From positions 62,001 through 126,000 of the IMG/VR virus record IMGVR_UViG_3300020477_001008: 64,000 nucleotides of DNA; one strand, written 5' to 3'. The notes beneath the pieces are model-generated. The model made no database searches, was not told the DNA's origin, and worked only from the letters and a program-made list of their open reading frames with translations. Positions 40,921 to 50,063 of this stretch are shown in pieces. The position numbers and the translations under genes are program-made. The first letter of the stretch is position 1. Every line of letters begins with the position of its first letter.

Positions 40921-41039
40921 AAACAGTATCTACGTAGGAATAGAACTAAAGTTCTATTGTACAACGTTCGTTAGTTTCTTTACGATTTTTTATTCTATCA
41001 ATATTGATAACTGTGATATTTGTATGTGTTTTTTTATAC

Positions 41040-41370
41040 TACTATTAGCTGATTTGGCCATACTTCACCCAGTTACGGGTGAAGATATCTCACTATTAGA
41101 GATCAGTCATCCAACTTGCGGACTCTAAAGAGGTGGTTGGCCGATACCCCTATCAATCCTACTTCATCCAACGGGACCTATACATATCCAAAGTTGGCTG
41201 TTTATGTATAAGTTAATGGTTGCATTTCTTTCTCTAGCAGAGCCATTATCATTTGTGCCTTAGTTAACACTTGCCTTGCATCGTGCGATTCGCCTGTGTT
41301 GTTACACCGTAATTCGCTTTTTCCAAAGATGCTATGTTTGCCTATGTTTGCCTGAATTATTCTGCCTATG
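41040..41370 (-). ncRNA. Candidate structured non-coding RNA
   Basis: ORF-free, locally GC-richer, several stems (41063-41084, 41087-41103, 41127-41152, 41176-41213, 41215-41247) that pair better on the minus strand via G-U; upstream TTGACC-N18-TAATTT. Confidence 0.55.
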
Positions 41371-41467
41371 CTTTAAATTACGACAAATATAGCATAATGG
41401 TCAACCTTTATTTTCCAACTTTATTAAATCTCTTGCTTTTGTGCGAAAAATTTAGTAATATTAAAGT

Positions 41468-41716
41468 ATGAAAACAAAAGATCCAAGAAAAGATCACTAC
41501 GTTAAAGCACTTCTAAGGAGTATTGATCGAAGTAAAAAAAGAAAATCAAAACATAAAACAATTACTATAAACAATTATGAACGATATTGGGATAGTTCAA
41601 CACCAACAGGTCACGTTATTGATATTGTTTCTCAAAATGGAGATATGTTAACAATTAAAATGAATTGGCCAAAAGGTTATAGCCCAAGATTGAGTCCCTA
41701 TACAAGGAAACAGTAA
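41468..41716 (+). CDS. Hypothetical protein
   Basis: TTGCTT-N17-TAATAT promoter ends 6 nt upstream of the ATG. Confidence 0.65.
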   Translation: MKTKDPRKDHYVKALLRSIDRSKKRKSKHKTITINNYERYWDSSTPTGHVIDIVSQNGDMLTIKMNWPKGYSPRLSPYTRKQ

Positions 41717-42033
41717 TGAGTAAAACATTAGATCCTTTAGATAACGAATGGGATTATAGAGATTGTAGATTAGAAAATAACGGCATCATACCAAAGACGT
41801 GTGGATATAATAAAACATTTAAGTATCAAATAAAATTACCAGCACACGGAGTTCAAGGAGAGTATCTAGATTGGTGTACAGACCATTGTAAAGGAAAGTT
41901 TGGTTGGCATTTTGAAGCAACTGATCAACAGTTTGATGATTATGAACCAGGCACACATTGGGGACAAGACAGAGCTGTTTTAAGTTTTTCTAATAAAAAA
42001 GAAGCTTTTCTTTTTAGTCTTTACATAAAATAG
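41716..42033 (+). CDS. Hypothetical phage protein
   Basis: Coupled start (TAATG); WC..HCKGKFGW...F....AFLF pattern. Confidence 0.65.
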   Translation: MSKTLDPLDNEWDYRDCRLENNGIIPKTCGYNKTFKYQIKLPAHGVQGEYLDWCTDHCKGKFGWHFEATDQQFDDYEPGTHWGQDRAVLSFSNKKEAFLFSLYIK

Positions 42034-42068
42034 TTGCATATAAATATTTTTGGTAGTATAATAATATT

Positions 42069-42578
42069 ATGAGTGGTACTAAATCAAAAAACAAAGGTAA
42101 ATCATACGAACGTGATATTGCGAATTTTTTAAGTGAACTTTATCAAGAGTCATTTACAAGAGTTCCACATTCAGGTGCGTTTATTGGCGGACAAAATTTT
42201 TCTAGGATTGATACTTTATCTGAAAATCAAACTAGAGGATTTAAAGGCGATATTATTCCACCTGATACTTTTCAGTTATTAGTTATTGAAGCAAAAAATT
42301 ATGGAGAGTTTAGATGGAATCAATTAGCCCTCGGCCAAGAAGTAAAACAATTAGACGAATGGATTAAACAAGCACAAGACAGTTGTGAGCCTCAAGATAA
42401 ATGGTTACTATGTGTTAAGATATCAAGACAAGGTGAATTTGTTTTATGGGATCCAAAGCTTTGGAAAGATTTACAATATAGATTACCATACAGAGATTAT
42501 CATTATGTAGATTATAAAACTTTTTGGGAAGTTAACAAAAACGAAATACAAAAGCAAAGTAAAAAAGAAATTGTATAA
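42069..42578 (+). CDS. Holliday junction resolvase-like PD-(D/E)xK nuclease
   Basis: SKNKGKSYER.IA..L, RVPHSGA, GDI, IEAK. Confidence 0.75.
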   Translation: MSGTKSKNKGKSYERDIANFLSELYQESFTRVPHSGAFIGGQNFSRIDTLSENQTRGFKGDIIPPDTFQLLVIEAKNYGEFRWNQLALGQEVKQLDEWIKQAQDSCEPQDKWLLCVKISRQGEFVLWDPKLWKDLQYRLPYRDYHYVDYKTFWEVNKNEIQKQSKKEIV

Positions 42579-43849
42579 TGATATCATTTACATTAATAGT
42601 TTTAAAAGATCCTAATTTATTACAATCTATAAATGATTATACTTCACAAAAAATTTCTTGGCCGGCTGAATTAAAAGTTAAAGAATATGATTCAGCTTGG
42701 TTTTCTTCTAAAGTTCATACAGATAAAAATATTGAAGGAATAATAAAAGCTTATCCTGTAAAAGAATGTAATTGGGAAGAATTAAAAGAAACATTAAACA
42801 AAGTACAATCTTCTCACGCACTAGTTGTTAAAGAAGGAAATATTGTAGATGTTGATTTGTTTCCTGATTTTATTTTCAACACAATTGGTACAGATGATAT
42901 AGTAGATTATTCTTTAATAGGACACATATTAGATAAAAAAGAAAGATATTATAATTTACACAATCAAATGTTTTTAATAAATGTAGATCATTGGAAACAA
43001 GTTGGCTCACCTACATTTGATAGAGCTAAAAATATAGAATTACAAAACGTTAATAGGTCTACTGATAATTTTCACGATGATTATACACCAACATCAATTA
43101 CAAAAGGCGAAGGAAAGCATACATATACAAATAATACAGCACAAGGATCACAAGTTATTAGTGCATTATTAGAAAACAATTATAAAGTTAGACCTTTTCA
43201 AGAACAAGAAAGACATAAAAAAACTTGTTGCTATGATAATATTGATAATCAAGTATCAACAATTTTTAACTTTTTAGATAAGCCTACAACTCAATCTCAT
43301 AATATTGTTTATATAAATTCAACTTCTGCAAGACCAAAAGAATTTACAAATAATAATGATACAATAATTAGTGTAGCATCTCCAGTAACTTTATTATCTC
43401 GTATAAAAAACAAGTATAAAAATATTAGTAAAATAATTTTTTATGATATATCGTTACCAGCATTGATTTGGACTGAATTGTTTTTTAAAAATATAAAAAA
43501 TTATGATTATGAAGTAGAAAAATTATTTGAACTTTATAGAAGTTATGGTGGAGAAAAATTTGTACTTGATGCACATTTAGAATTTGAACATTACAAATAT
43601 AATGTTAAAGAATATTCAACATTATTAGAACATTTATCTACTTGCGATATTCAGTATCGTTATGGAGATATAACTAGGCCATCAATTTATAATAAAGAAA
43701 ACGTTGGAAATTCAAATAGTATAGGTGTTAATTTTACAAACGTTTGGGATTATCAAAGAAATATTTTGCGTAAAGATGATTTTGTTTGGTTTAGAGATGA
43801 ATATATTCCTGTAATTGAAAAAAAATATAAGTTTGAATATTTAGATTAA
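42578..43849 (+). CDS. Hypothetical protein, possibly glycosyltransferase-like N-terminus plus Rossmann-like C-terminus
   Basis: 423-aa ORF; GHILD...LHNQ.FLIN...FHDDYTP; C-terminal IFYDIS and GDI..NFTNVW. Confidence 0.45.
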   Translation: MISFTLIVLKDPNLLQSINDYTSQKISWPAELKVKEYDSAWFSSKVHTDKNIEGIIKAYPVKECNWEELKETLNKVQSSHALVVKEGNIVDVDLFPDFIFNTIGTDDIVDYSLIGHILDKKERYYNLHNQMFLINVDHWKQVGSPTFDRAKNIELQNVNRSTDNFHDDYTPTSITKGEGKHTYTNNTAQGSQVISALLENNYKVRPFQEQERHKKTCCYDNIDNQVSTIFNFLDKPTTQSHNIVYINSTSARPKEFTNNNDTIISVASPVTLLSRIKNKYKNISKIIFYDISLPALIWTELFFKNIKNYDYEVEKLFELYRSYGGEKFVLDAHLEFEHYKYNVKEYSTLLEHLSTCDIQYRYGDITRPSIYNKENVGNSNSIGVNFTNVWDYQRNILRKDDFVWFRDEYIPVIEKKYKFEYLD

Positions 43850-44076
43850 ACTACAGGCGTCATTGAGCCTTTAAATCTTTCCATATTTTCTTTTAAGAAA
43901 TCTTGTATATCTTTATTGTCTTCCCAAGTAAGATCATATGCTTCTGCCATAGTAATACTTCCACGCATATACCAGCAAATTTCAATAATGCCTTTTCTGA
44001 TTTGTTTTTGTTCTGAAGCTAAAGTACCAAAGTATTCACCTATCTCAGACGGCGAGTGTGTTATTAAGTACTGACG
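43846..44076 (-). CDS. -1 frame extension of the gp26-like chaperone (gp51/GT-like domain)
   Basis: 76-codon open frame RQYLITHSPSEIGEYF...ICWYMRGSITMAEAYDLTWED...VV* starting at the T TTT TTC heptamer; no ATG until about halfway. Confidence 0.65.
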   Translation of the reverse strand, partial: RQYLITHSPSEIGEYFGTLASEQKQIRKGIIEICWYMRGSITMAEAYDLTWEDNKDIQDFLKENMERFKGSMTPVV

Positions 44077-44918
44077 AAAAAATCCGACGGATCCAACCTT
44101 ACTTCAGACTCAAATTCACTACCTGTTTCTTTACATTTAAATTTTCTCTTAACAGTAGTAGAAGCTTTATTCAAACTTTCAATTAATAAATCTACTTTTC
44201 TATGATCAGTACTTTCAATACTATCCATAAAATCTTTGATCTGTTTCTTGTTAACAACTGATGTTCCGTCTGGCGTTGTAATTTTATCTACTGATTGAAC
44301 TAATACGTCCATATTAGTATCAGCTAGTTGAGTGAAAAGAGCTGTAAACTGTTTAGCTGATTCACTTGTTAAGTCATTTACATTTCTTAATGCTTTTGCT
44401 TGATCATAAGCCATTAAATTTAATCTTGTTTGTATTGTATAGCTAAAAGGTTTGACATATATACTACAACCATTTTTAAGTACTACTGAGTTTTCTGCTG
44501 GTAGCGGTTTAACATCTTCAATAATTCCTTCTAAATTAATATCATAATCTTCTTCTTTTTTCTCACCATATGGTGATTTTAATTTAGTTTGAAGTATAGA
44601 ACCGTGTGTAGCCATTCTTACAGCTATTAATAAAATATCAACGTCACAAACTGGTAAGTTTCTTACATCCATTACATCAGGTACACAGCTTTTTAATACT
44701 TTCATAACAGCATCACCATTTAATAGTGCATCTGGGTTTCGCATTATGATTTCATCTTTGGCCGTCATAGCATATACTGGTATTTCTCCATTAGCGGCTT
44801 TCTCGCCAATATCGTTAAATCTACCACCAGATGGCAAAGTTACATATAGCTTTGGAGCTCTATAAAACTTTTTTAATGGATTTTCTTCTTTATTTTGTAC
44901 AGTTTCTTCTGTTGTCAT
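44064..44918 (-). CDS. Baseplate hub assembly/tail chaperone, gp26-like
   Basis: NPLKKFYR.PKLYVTLPSGG, MTAKDEI...PDALLNG, AVRMATHG, C-terminal DPSDFF; adjacent to tape measure. Confidence 0.75.
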   Translation of the reverse strand: MTTEETVQNKEENPLKKFYRAPKLYVTLPSGGRFNDIGEKAANGEIPVYAMTAKDEIIMRNPDALLNGDAVMKVLKSCVPDVMDVRNLPVCDVDILLIAVRMATHGSILQTKLKSPYGEKKEEDYDINLEGIIEDVKPLPAENSVVLKNGCSIYVKPFSYTIQTRLNLMAYDQAKALRNVNDLTSESAKQFTALFTQLADTNMDVLVQSVDKITTPDGTSVVNKKQIKDFMDSIESTDHRKVDLLIESLNKASTTVKRKFKCKETGSEFESEVRLDPSDFFVST

Positions 44919-45027
44919 TATTATTGTTCCTATCTTTATATACGTACTTTTTACTGCTAATAAATATCTTTATATGAATACTTATAGGAGTAATTAACGT
45001 AGTACTTAATTATTTATCAGAGATAAA

Positions 45028-47274
45028 ATGGCAGAGAAGATAACAATAGAATTTGGCGGTGAAAGAATAGAAATACCTGAGTTCGCTATGGACTCAACGG
45101 TAAAATCTCTTCAGAATGTCTTAAAGCAACAAGGCCTCAACCAAGTTAAATCCGCTAAAGAGCAAAAGAAATCCATTGAAACTCTTATGAAAGAGTTAGT
45201 TGGTGTTAATGCTAAACAACATCGAAAGAAAGAATTAGGTGCTCAAGCTGATACTACTGAAGCAGTTAAAAAAGTAGGAAAGAAAATTGAAGAAGCTTCT
45301 AAATCACAAAAAGGTTTATTAAGTAAACTCGGCGGAGGTACGGGAAGTATACTTGGCGGAGTTGTTTCTAAATTTGGTAAGTTTGGTAAAATGCTTAATC
45401 CAATTACAGCTGGGTTATTTGGTTTATTCAATGCTGTAAAATCAGTTACAAGTTTTTTAATGAAAATGGGAAGACTTGAAAATACTTTATTTAGAAGAGG
45501 ATTTAATTTTAGATCTACAGATGGTAGATTAGCAGATGGTATAGCAAACCTAGGTGCTCAGGCCGCCGACGCCGCCTTGAGTATAGACGAAGCTGTAGAA
45601 TTAATAAGTCAGTTTGCAACAGCGGCCGGTGAGTATGGTTCAAAAACAATTCTTGATGCAGTTAAGAATACACAGAATCTTTTAGACTCTCAGGGTTTAT
45701 TAGGTATGAGTAATAATGAAATTGCTCAAGCTACTGCTGAAATGGCAGAACAATTTAGAGGATTAGGTTTTGAGTTAGAAGGTAGTTCAATGTACCTTGC
45801 TCAACAAACTACAAAAGTTTTACAAGTAACACAGGCATTTACAAAATTAACAAATACATCTGCTGAAGTTATTAGACAAATGGTAATGCAGGCAACTACA
45901 ATGGAAGCATTTAGAAATGCTATGCAGATGTTACCACAAGGCGCAAGAGCAGGAGCCACAGAAGCTTCTCAAATAGCATTTGCAGGATTAGGAGCATTTG
46001 GTGAAGAACTTGGTAGTCAACTTACTACTGCATTAAGTGAAGCAATTGGAAGAGGTGGAGTACAGTTTACAGACTTTGGTCAACAACTAGCTGGTGTGTC
46101 ACCTTTACTATTAAATTCTTTACAAGATTTAAGAGATGCGGCAGGCAGAGGAGATAATCAAGGTGTAGTTGGTGCGTTAGAAGATTTTAGATCAAGTGTT
46201 TTAAATGTTAGTGATAATCAAAGACAATTTTTAAGAGCTTTAGAAATTAGTGGCGATCCAATGGCCAAGTTTGTAATTAAACTTGCTAATATGAATGAAA
46301 CAATTGATGATGCAGATTTTCAAAGGTTAGCGGCTACAATGACTTCAGTTTCTGCAGATGACTTAGGTGTAGCTCAAACACAATTAGCATTAGCAATGGC
46401 AAAAGTTAGAGAAGCATTTCAAAAATTACAAATTGCATTTTTAACACCAGAAGTAGTAAAAGCTTTTGAAAGAGGTGTTGATTTAGTTGTTAGTGGTTTA
46501 ACAAAATTTGCAGAATTTTTAAGAGACGATATTTACAGTTATATGAATTCATTTATTAGAGCAATTTCAAGAGGAGTTAAATGGATGGAAAATATGATTT
46601 CTGGTTCTGGAATAGGACAAGCAATTACACATATTACTAGTGCGGCTGTACAAACAATTGGAGCCGCGGCACATAGAATTGTTGCAGAAATGGTTTGGGG
46701 TGGAGATAGTGCTAAAGAACTTGATAAAATGGATGCTCTTAATGCCAAAGTACAAAGTGCTAAAACTAAAGCTGAATATGATAAAGCTTTAGATGACTTG
46801 TACAAATATGTTTTTAAAACATCAACTTTCTTAGGATGGGAAAGTGATGCTGTAGACTTTGGTGATTTAAGAGCTAACAAATATTCAACAATAGAAGACA
46901 AGTCAGCAAGACTAGATTCGAGACTTGGAAAATATGGAGTGAATACTGGTTGGAACCAAGGTGGAACTGGAGATGGACCTTGGACTATGAGAGATGGCGG
47001 AATGGATTCTGGTGCAGAATCTACTAATATGCTAGGAGCTCAACCAAGACGTAGAATATCAATTATGCCAATGTATGGCGATTTAGACGACTATGTTGGC
47101 GCAGATCAATCACCAGAAGTGAAACAATTAATTAGAATCAATAAGAATCTAGAAGCACAATTGGCTGAATTACAGGCACAAACCTCAGCTAATAACCAAG
47201 GATTAAGTTATACTAAAGAGCAAAGAGATGCCTTAAGGGCTCTAAGATCGGATGCCGCTTATTCGGTTGATTAA
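45028..47274 (+). CDS. Tape measure-like protein
   Basis: 748 aa, Ala/Gln/Gly-rich and helical, next to the gp26-like chaperone and portal. Confidence 0.6.
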   Translation: MAEKITIEFGGERIEIPEFAMDSTVKSLQNVLKQQGLNQVKSAKEQKKSIETLMKELVGVNAKQHRKKELGAQADTTEAVKKVGKKIEEASKSQKGLLSKLGGGTGSILGGVVSKFGKFGKMLNPITAGLFGLFNAVKSVTSFLMKMGRLENTLFRRGFNFRSTDGRLADGIANLGAQAADAALSIDEAVELISQFATAAGEYGSKTILDAVKNTQNLLDSQGLLGMSNNEIAQATAEMAEQFRGLGFELEGSSMYLAQQTTKVLQVTQAFTKLTNTSAEVIRQMVMQATTMEAFRNAMQMLPQGARAGATEASQIAFAGLGAFGEELGSQLTTALSEAIGRGGVQFTDFGQQLAGVSPLLLNSLQDLRDAAGRGDNQGVVGALEDFRSSVLNVSDNQRQFLRALEISGDPMAKFVIKLANMNETIDDADFQRLAATMTSVSADDLGVAQTQLALAMAKVREAFQKLQIAFLTPEVVKAFERGVDLVVSGLTKFAEFLRDDIYSYMNSFIRAISRGVKWMENMISGSGIGQAITHITSAAVQTIGAAAHRIVAEMVWGGDSAKELDKMDALNAKVQSAKTKAEYDKALDDLYKYVFKTSTFLGWESDAVDFGDLRANKYSTIEDKSARLDSRLGKYGVNTGWNQGGTGDGPWTMRDGGMDSGAESTNMLGAQPRRRISIMPMYGDLDDYVGADQSPEVKQLIRINKNLEAQLAELQAQTSANNQGLSYTKEQRDALRALRSDAAYSVD

Positions 47275-47329
47275 CCAGAATATTAACTCTTGACAAACAC
47301 CATTATAATGTATTAAAATAAATACTAAT

Positions 47330-49087
47330 ATGAGCTGGCGAAAATATTTCAAAGATTATAGTACTGAACTAGGTACAAAGTCTCCTATGGGGTCCACAAC
47401 ACCTGGTACTAATACTGCATCACATAACCGTTATAATACGTGGTTGCCTGAAGTTTATGCAGGTCAACCTAATAGACAAGAACGTTATTATCAGTATGAT
47501 ATGATGGATTTAGATACTGAGATTAATTCAGCATTAGATACTATTGCTGAATTTTGTACTCAAAATGATGAAAAAACTAAATCACCTTTTAATGTTCATT
47601 ACAAGACTGAACCAACAGATACAGAAACACAATTATTAACTACTGCATTACAACAATGGAACAAAATTAATGAGTGGAATAAAAGATGTTTCAAAATGGT
47701 TAGAAATGTAATCAAATATGGTGATCAAATATTTGTAAGAGATCCACAAACTTATAAATGGTTTTGGGTTGACCCAGGATTTGTTGATAGAATTATTGTT
47801 AATGAAGGTAAAGGTAAAAAGCCAGAAGCATACTTTCTTAAAAATTTAGATTTAAATATTAAAAATTTAAACTTAACATCAGATTCATATTCAAAATTTC
47901 ATACGTCAGGTACAGGTTTTGCAACTACAATGCCAATGCAATTTGGTAATGTAGGAGGTTCAAGAGGTATGCATCAGCCACGTGGATCACAATCAGGTGG
48001 TTTAATGGGTGGCTATGGATCAAGATTTCAAAGAGATGCAACTATACATCCTATTGATGCATCACACGTAATACATTTAAGTATGACAGAAGGTATGGAT
48101 AGATTTTGGCCTTTTGGTTTATCAATATTAGAGCCAATCTTTAAAACATACAAACAAAAAGAATTATTAGAAGACGCAATTATCATTTATAGAGTTCAAA
48201 GAGCACCTGAAAGAAGAGTATTTTATATTGACGTAGGAAATATGCCAACATCAAAAGCTATGGGCTTTATTGAAAGAGTTAAAAACGAAATACACCAAAG
48301 AAGAATTCCAAACCAAACAGGTGGTGGTGCAAATATAATGGATGCAACATATAATCCATTATCAATGATAGAAGATTATTTCTTTGCTCAAACGGCAGAG
48401 GGTAGAGGTTCTAAAGTTGAAACATTACCAGGTGGAACACAATTAGGTGAGATAGATGACTTAAGATATTTTAATGATAAGTTAATGAAAGGTTTAAGAG
48501 TACCTAGTGCATACTTGCCAAGTTCTCCAAATGATCCACAAACAGCATTTACAGATGGTAGAGTAGGTACAGCTTATATTCAAGAATACAGATTTACAAA
48601 ATTCTGTAAAAGAATACAGAGTTTTATGCAACCAGGTTTAGATAGAGAATTTAAAATGTTCTTGAAACATAGAGGTATTGAAATTGATTCAGGATCATTT
48701 GAATTGCAATTTAATGAACCACAAAACTTTGGAAAATATAGACAGATTGAATTAGATACACAATTAGTTAATATATTCTCACAGATTAATCAAGTTCCAC
48801 ATATTAGTAAACGTTTTGCAATGAAACGTTTCTTAAAATTAAGTGAAGAAGAGGTACACGATAACCAGAGACTATGGGCAGAAGAAAATAAAAGTATGAT
48901 GCCTTCGGACGTTAGTCCAACGCAAGATGGTCTAGGTTCAGTAGGTGCATCTCCAATTCCATCTAATTTTGGTGCAGGGGCTGATGTTCCTGAGCCTGAA
49001 ATTAATACAGGCGACCAGTCTCCAATATCAGGAGCTCAAGGCCAAGCACCAGAAGGCGGAGAAGGCGACAAAGGTGGAACTGCCTAA
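47330..49087 (+). CDS. Portal protein, gp20
   Basis: LLEDAIIIYRVQRAPERRVFYIDVGNMP, EDYFF...GRGSKVETLPGG. Confidence 0.95.
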   Translation: MSWRKYFKDYSTELGTKSPMGSTTPGTNTASHNRYNTWLPEVYAGQPNRQERYYQYDMMDLDTEINSALDTIAEFCTQNDEKTKSPFNVHYKTEPTDTETQLLTTALQQWNKINEWNKRCFKMVRNVIKYGDQIFVRDPQTYKWFWVDPGFVDRIIVNEGKGKKPEAYFLKNLDLNIKNLNLTSDSYSKFHTSGTGFATTMPMQFGNVGGSRGMHQPRGSQSGGLMGGYGSRFQRDATIHPIDASHVIHLSMTEGMDRFWPFGLSILEPIFKTYKQKELLEDAIIIYRVQRAPERRVFYIDVGNMPTSKAMGFIERVKNEIHQRRIPNQTGGGANIMDATYNPLSMIEDYFFAQTAEGRGSKVETLPGGTQLGEIDDLRYFNDKLMKGLRVPSAYLPSSPNDPQTAFTDGRVGTAYIQEYRFTKFCKRIQSFMQPGLDREFKMFLKHRGIEIDSGSFELQFNEPQNFGKYRQIELDTQLVNIFSQINQVPHISKRFAMKRFLKLSEEEVHDNQRLWAEENKSMMPSDVSPTQDGLGSVGASPIPSNFGAGADVPEPEINTGDQSPISGAQGQAPEGGEGDKGGTA

Positions 49088-49090
49088 TTT

Positions 49091-49294
49091 ATGGCAAGTT
49101 CAAAGAAACCATATTTAAAAGTACGACTTGTTCCTGAAGATTCAAAAATGAAAGACCACGCATTTTATTATTATGCGATGAAACCTACCAAAGGTGAAAA
49201 AAGAACACAAAAGTTGAGAGTAAGAAAATACGATCCAGTTACTCGTAAACATATTTGGTGGGTGGAAAAAAAGCTTCCACCACACTCAAAATAA
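49091..49294 (+). CDS. rpmG: 50S ribosomal protein bL33 (Cys-free type)
   Basis: KVRLV...YYY..K....KLRVRKYDPVTRKH..W.EKK. Confidence 0.85.
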   Translation: MASSKKPYLKVRLVPEDSKMKDHAFYYYAMKPTKGEKRTQKLRVRKYDPVTRKHIWWVEKKLPPHSK

Positions 49295-49298
49295 TCTT

Positions 49299-49442
49299 TT
49301 ATAGTTTAATAAGATAATAAATCGCGAATCCAAAAAACAATCCTTTAATAAATGCCATCCAGCTGATACTATACCAAGAGATACCGCACTCCTTCATCAT
49401 CTTCTCTGTTAAGTCTTTATGCCATTTAAAGAATCGTTTCAT
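49299..49442 (-). CDS. 47-aa membrane peptide (not in ORF track)
   Basis: MKRFFKWHKDLTEKMMKECGISWYSISWMAFIKGLFFGFAIYYLIKL*; TAAATA 5 nt upstream. Confidence 0.6.
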   Translation of the reverse strand: MKRFFKWHKDLTEKMMKECGISWYSISWMAFIKGLFFGFAIYYLIKL

Positions 49443-49472
49443 ACAAATATTTAAATTAATTGGAAAAGGAGT

Positions 49473-49679
49473 TTAGTGTATAGTTAAATTTTCTGTGCTA
49501 ACATATACGTCGCCATTAAGTCTTTCAACTAGATATTTGGCAACTACTTTTAGTTTTTTTAATTCTTTTTTATCAAATGTGGATAATTTCTTTTTATTTT
49601 CAATTAACACTATATAATTGTTTATTGCATCTAACTCGTGCTGGAATAATTCTGCTACTGAAACAATTTGATCTTTCAT
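49473..49679 (-). CDS. Hypothetical protein
   Basis: 68 aa; TAAATA upstream at 49690-49695. Confidence 0.55.
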   Translation of the reverse strand: MKDQIVSVAELFQHELDAINNYIVLIENKKKLSTFDKKELKKLKVVAKYLVERLNGDVYVSTENLTIH

Positions 49680-49710
49680 AATATAAAGTTATTTACTAAA
49701 TAAGTTTATT

Positions 49711-49911
49711 ATGAGATATAAAGAACTTAAAGAAGCATATTTTCCAGCAGAGGATGATTACCATAAAGCAGGTATTGGTCAAGCAAGAAAAACACGATTA
49801 ACTCTAAGACACTTAAACAAATTGAGAAAAGTAAGAGAAATTAGACGTCAAGACCAAGAAGAAAATGCTGAATTTGTAGCTACAATGTACGGCCAACCGC
49901 CGGCTATGTAA
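49711..49911 (+). CDS. Small head-region protein
   Basis: RKTRLTLRHLNKLRK...MYG; first gene of the head cluster, 8 nt after TAAATA. Confidence 0.65.
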   Translation: MRYKELKEAYFPAEDDYHKAGIGQARKTRLTLRHLNKLRKVREIRRQDQEENAEFVATMYGQPPAM

Positions 49912-50063
49912 TACAAAGATCTTTATTAAAACACGTTTTTTGACGGCGATCTTAAAAAATCGTCTTTTTTCGCCTCAAAACCCCACGATCTGCACAAAAA
50001 TTCGTAAATAAAAGATATAACTATTATTATAGTCGCGAATATACTATACAAGGAGATATCGAT

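Noticed and set aside
41040-41370. CRISPR array or group I intron as explanation of the non-coding gap
   Set aside because: The repeats are short and lack regular spacers; the flanking genes are complete, so no interrupted gene is evident
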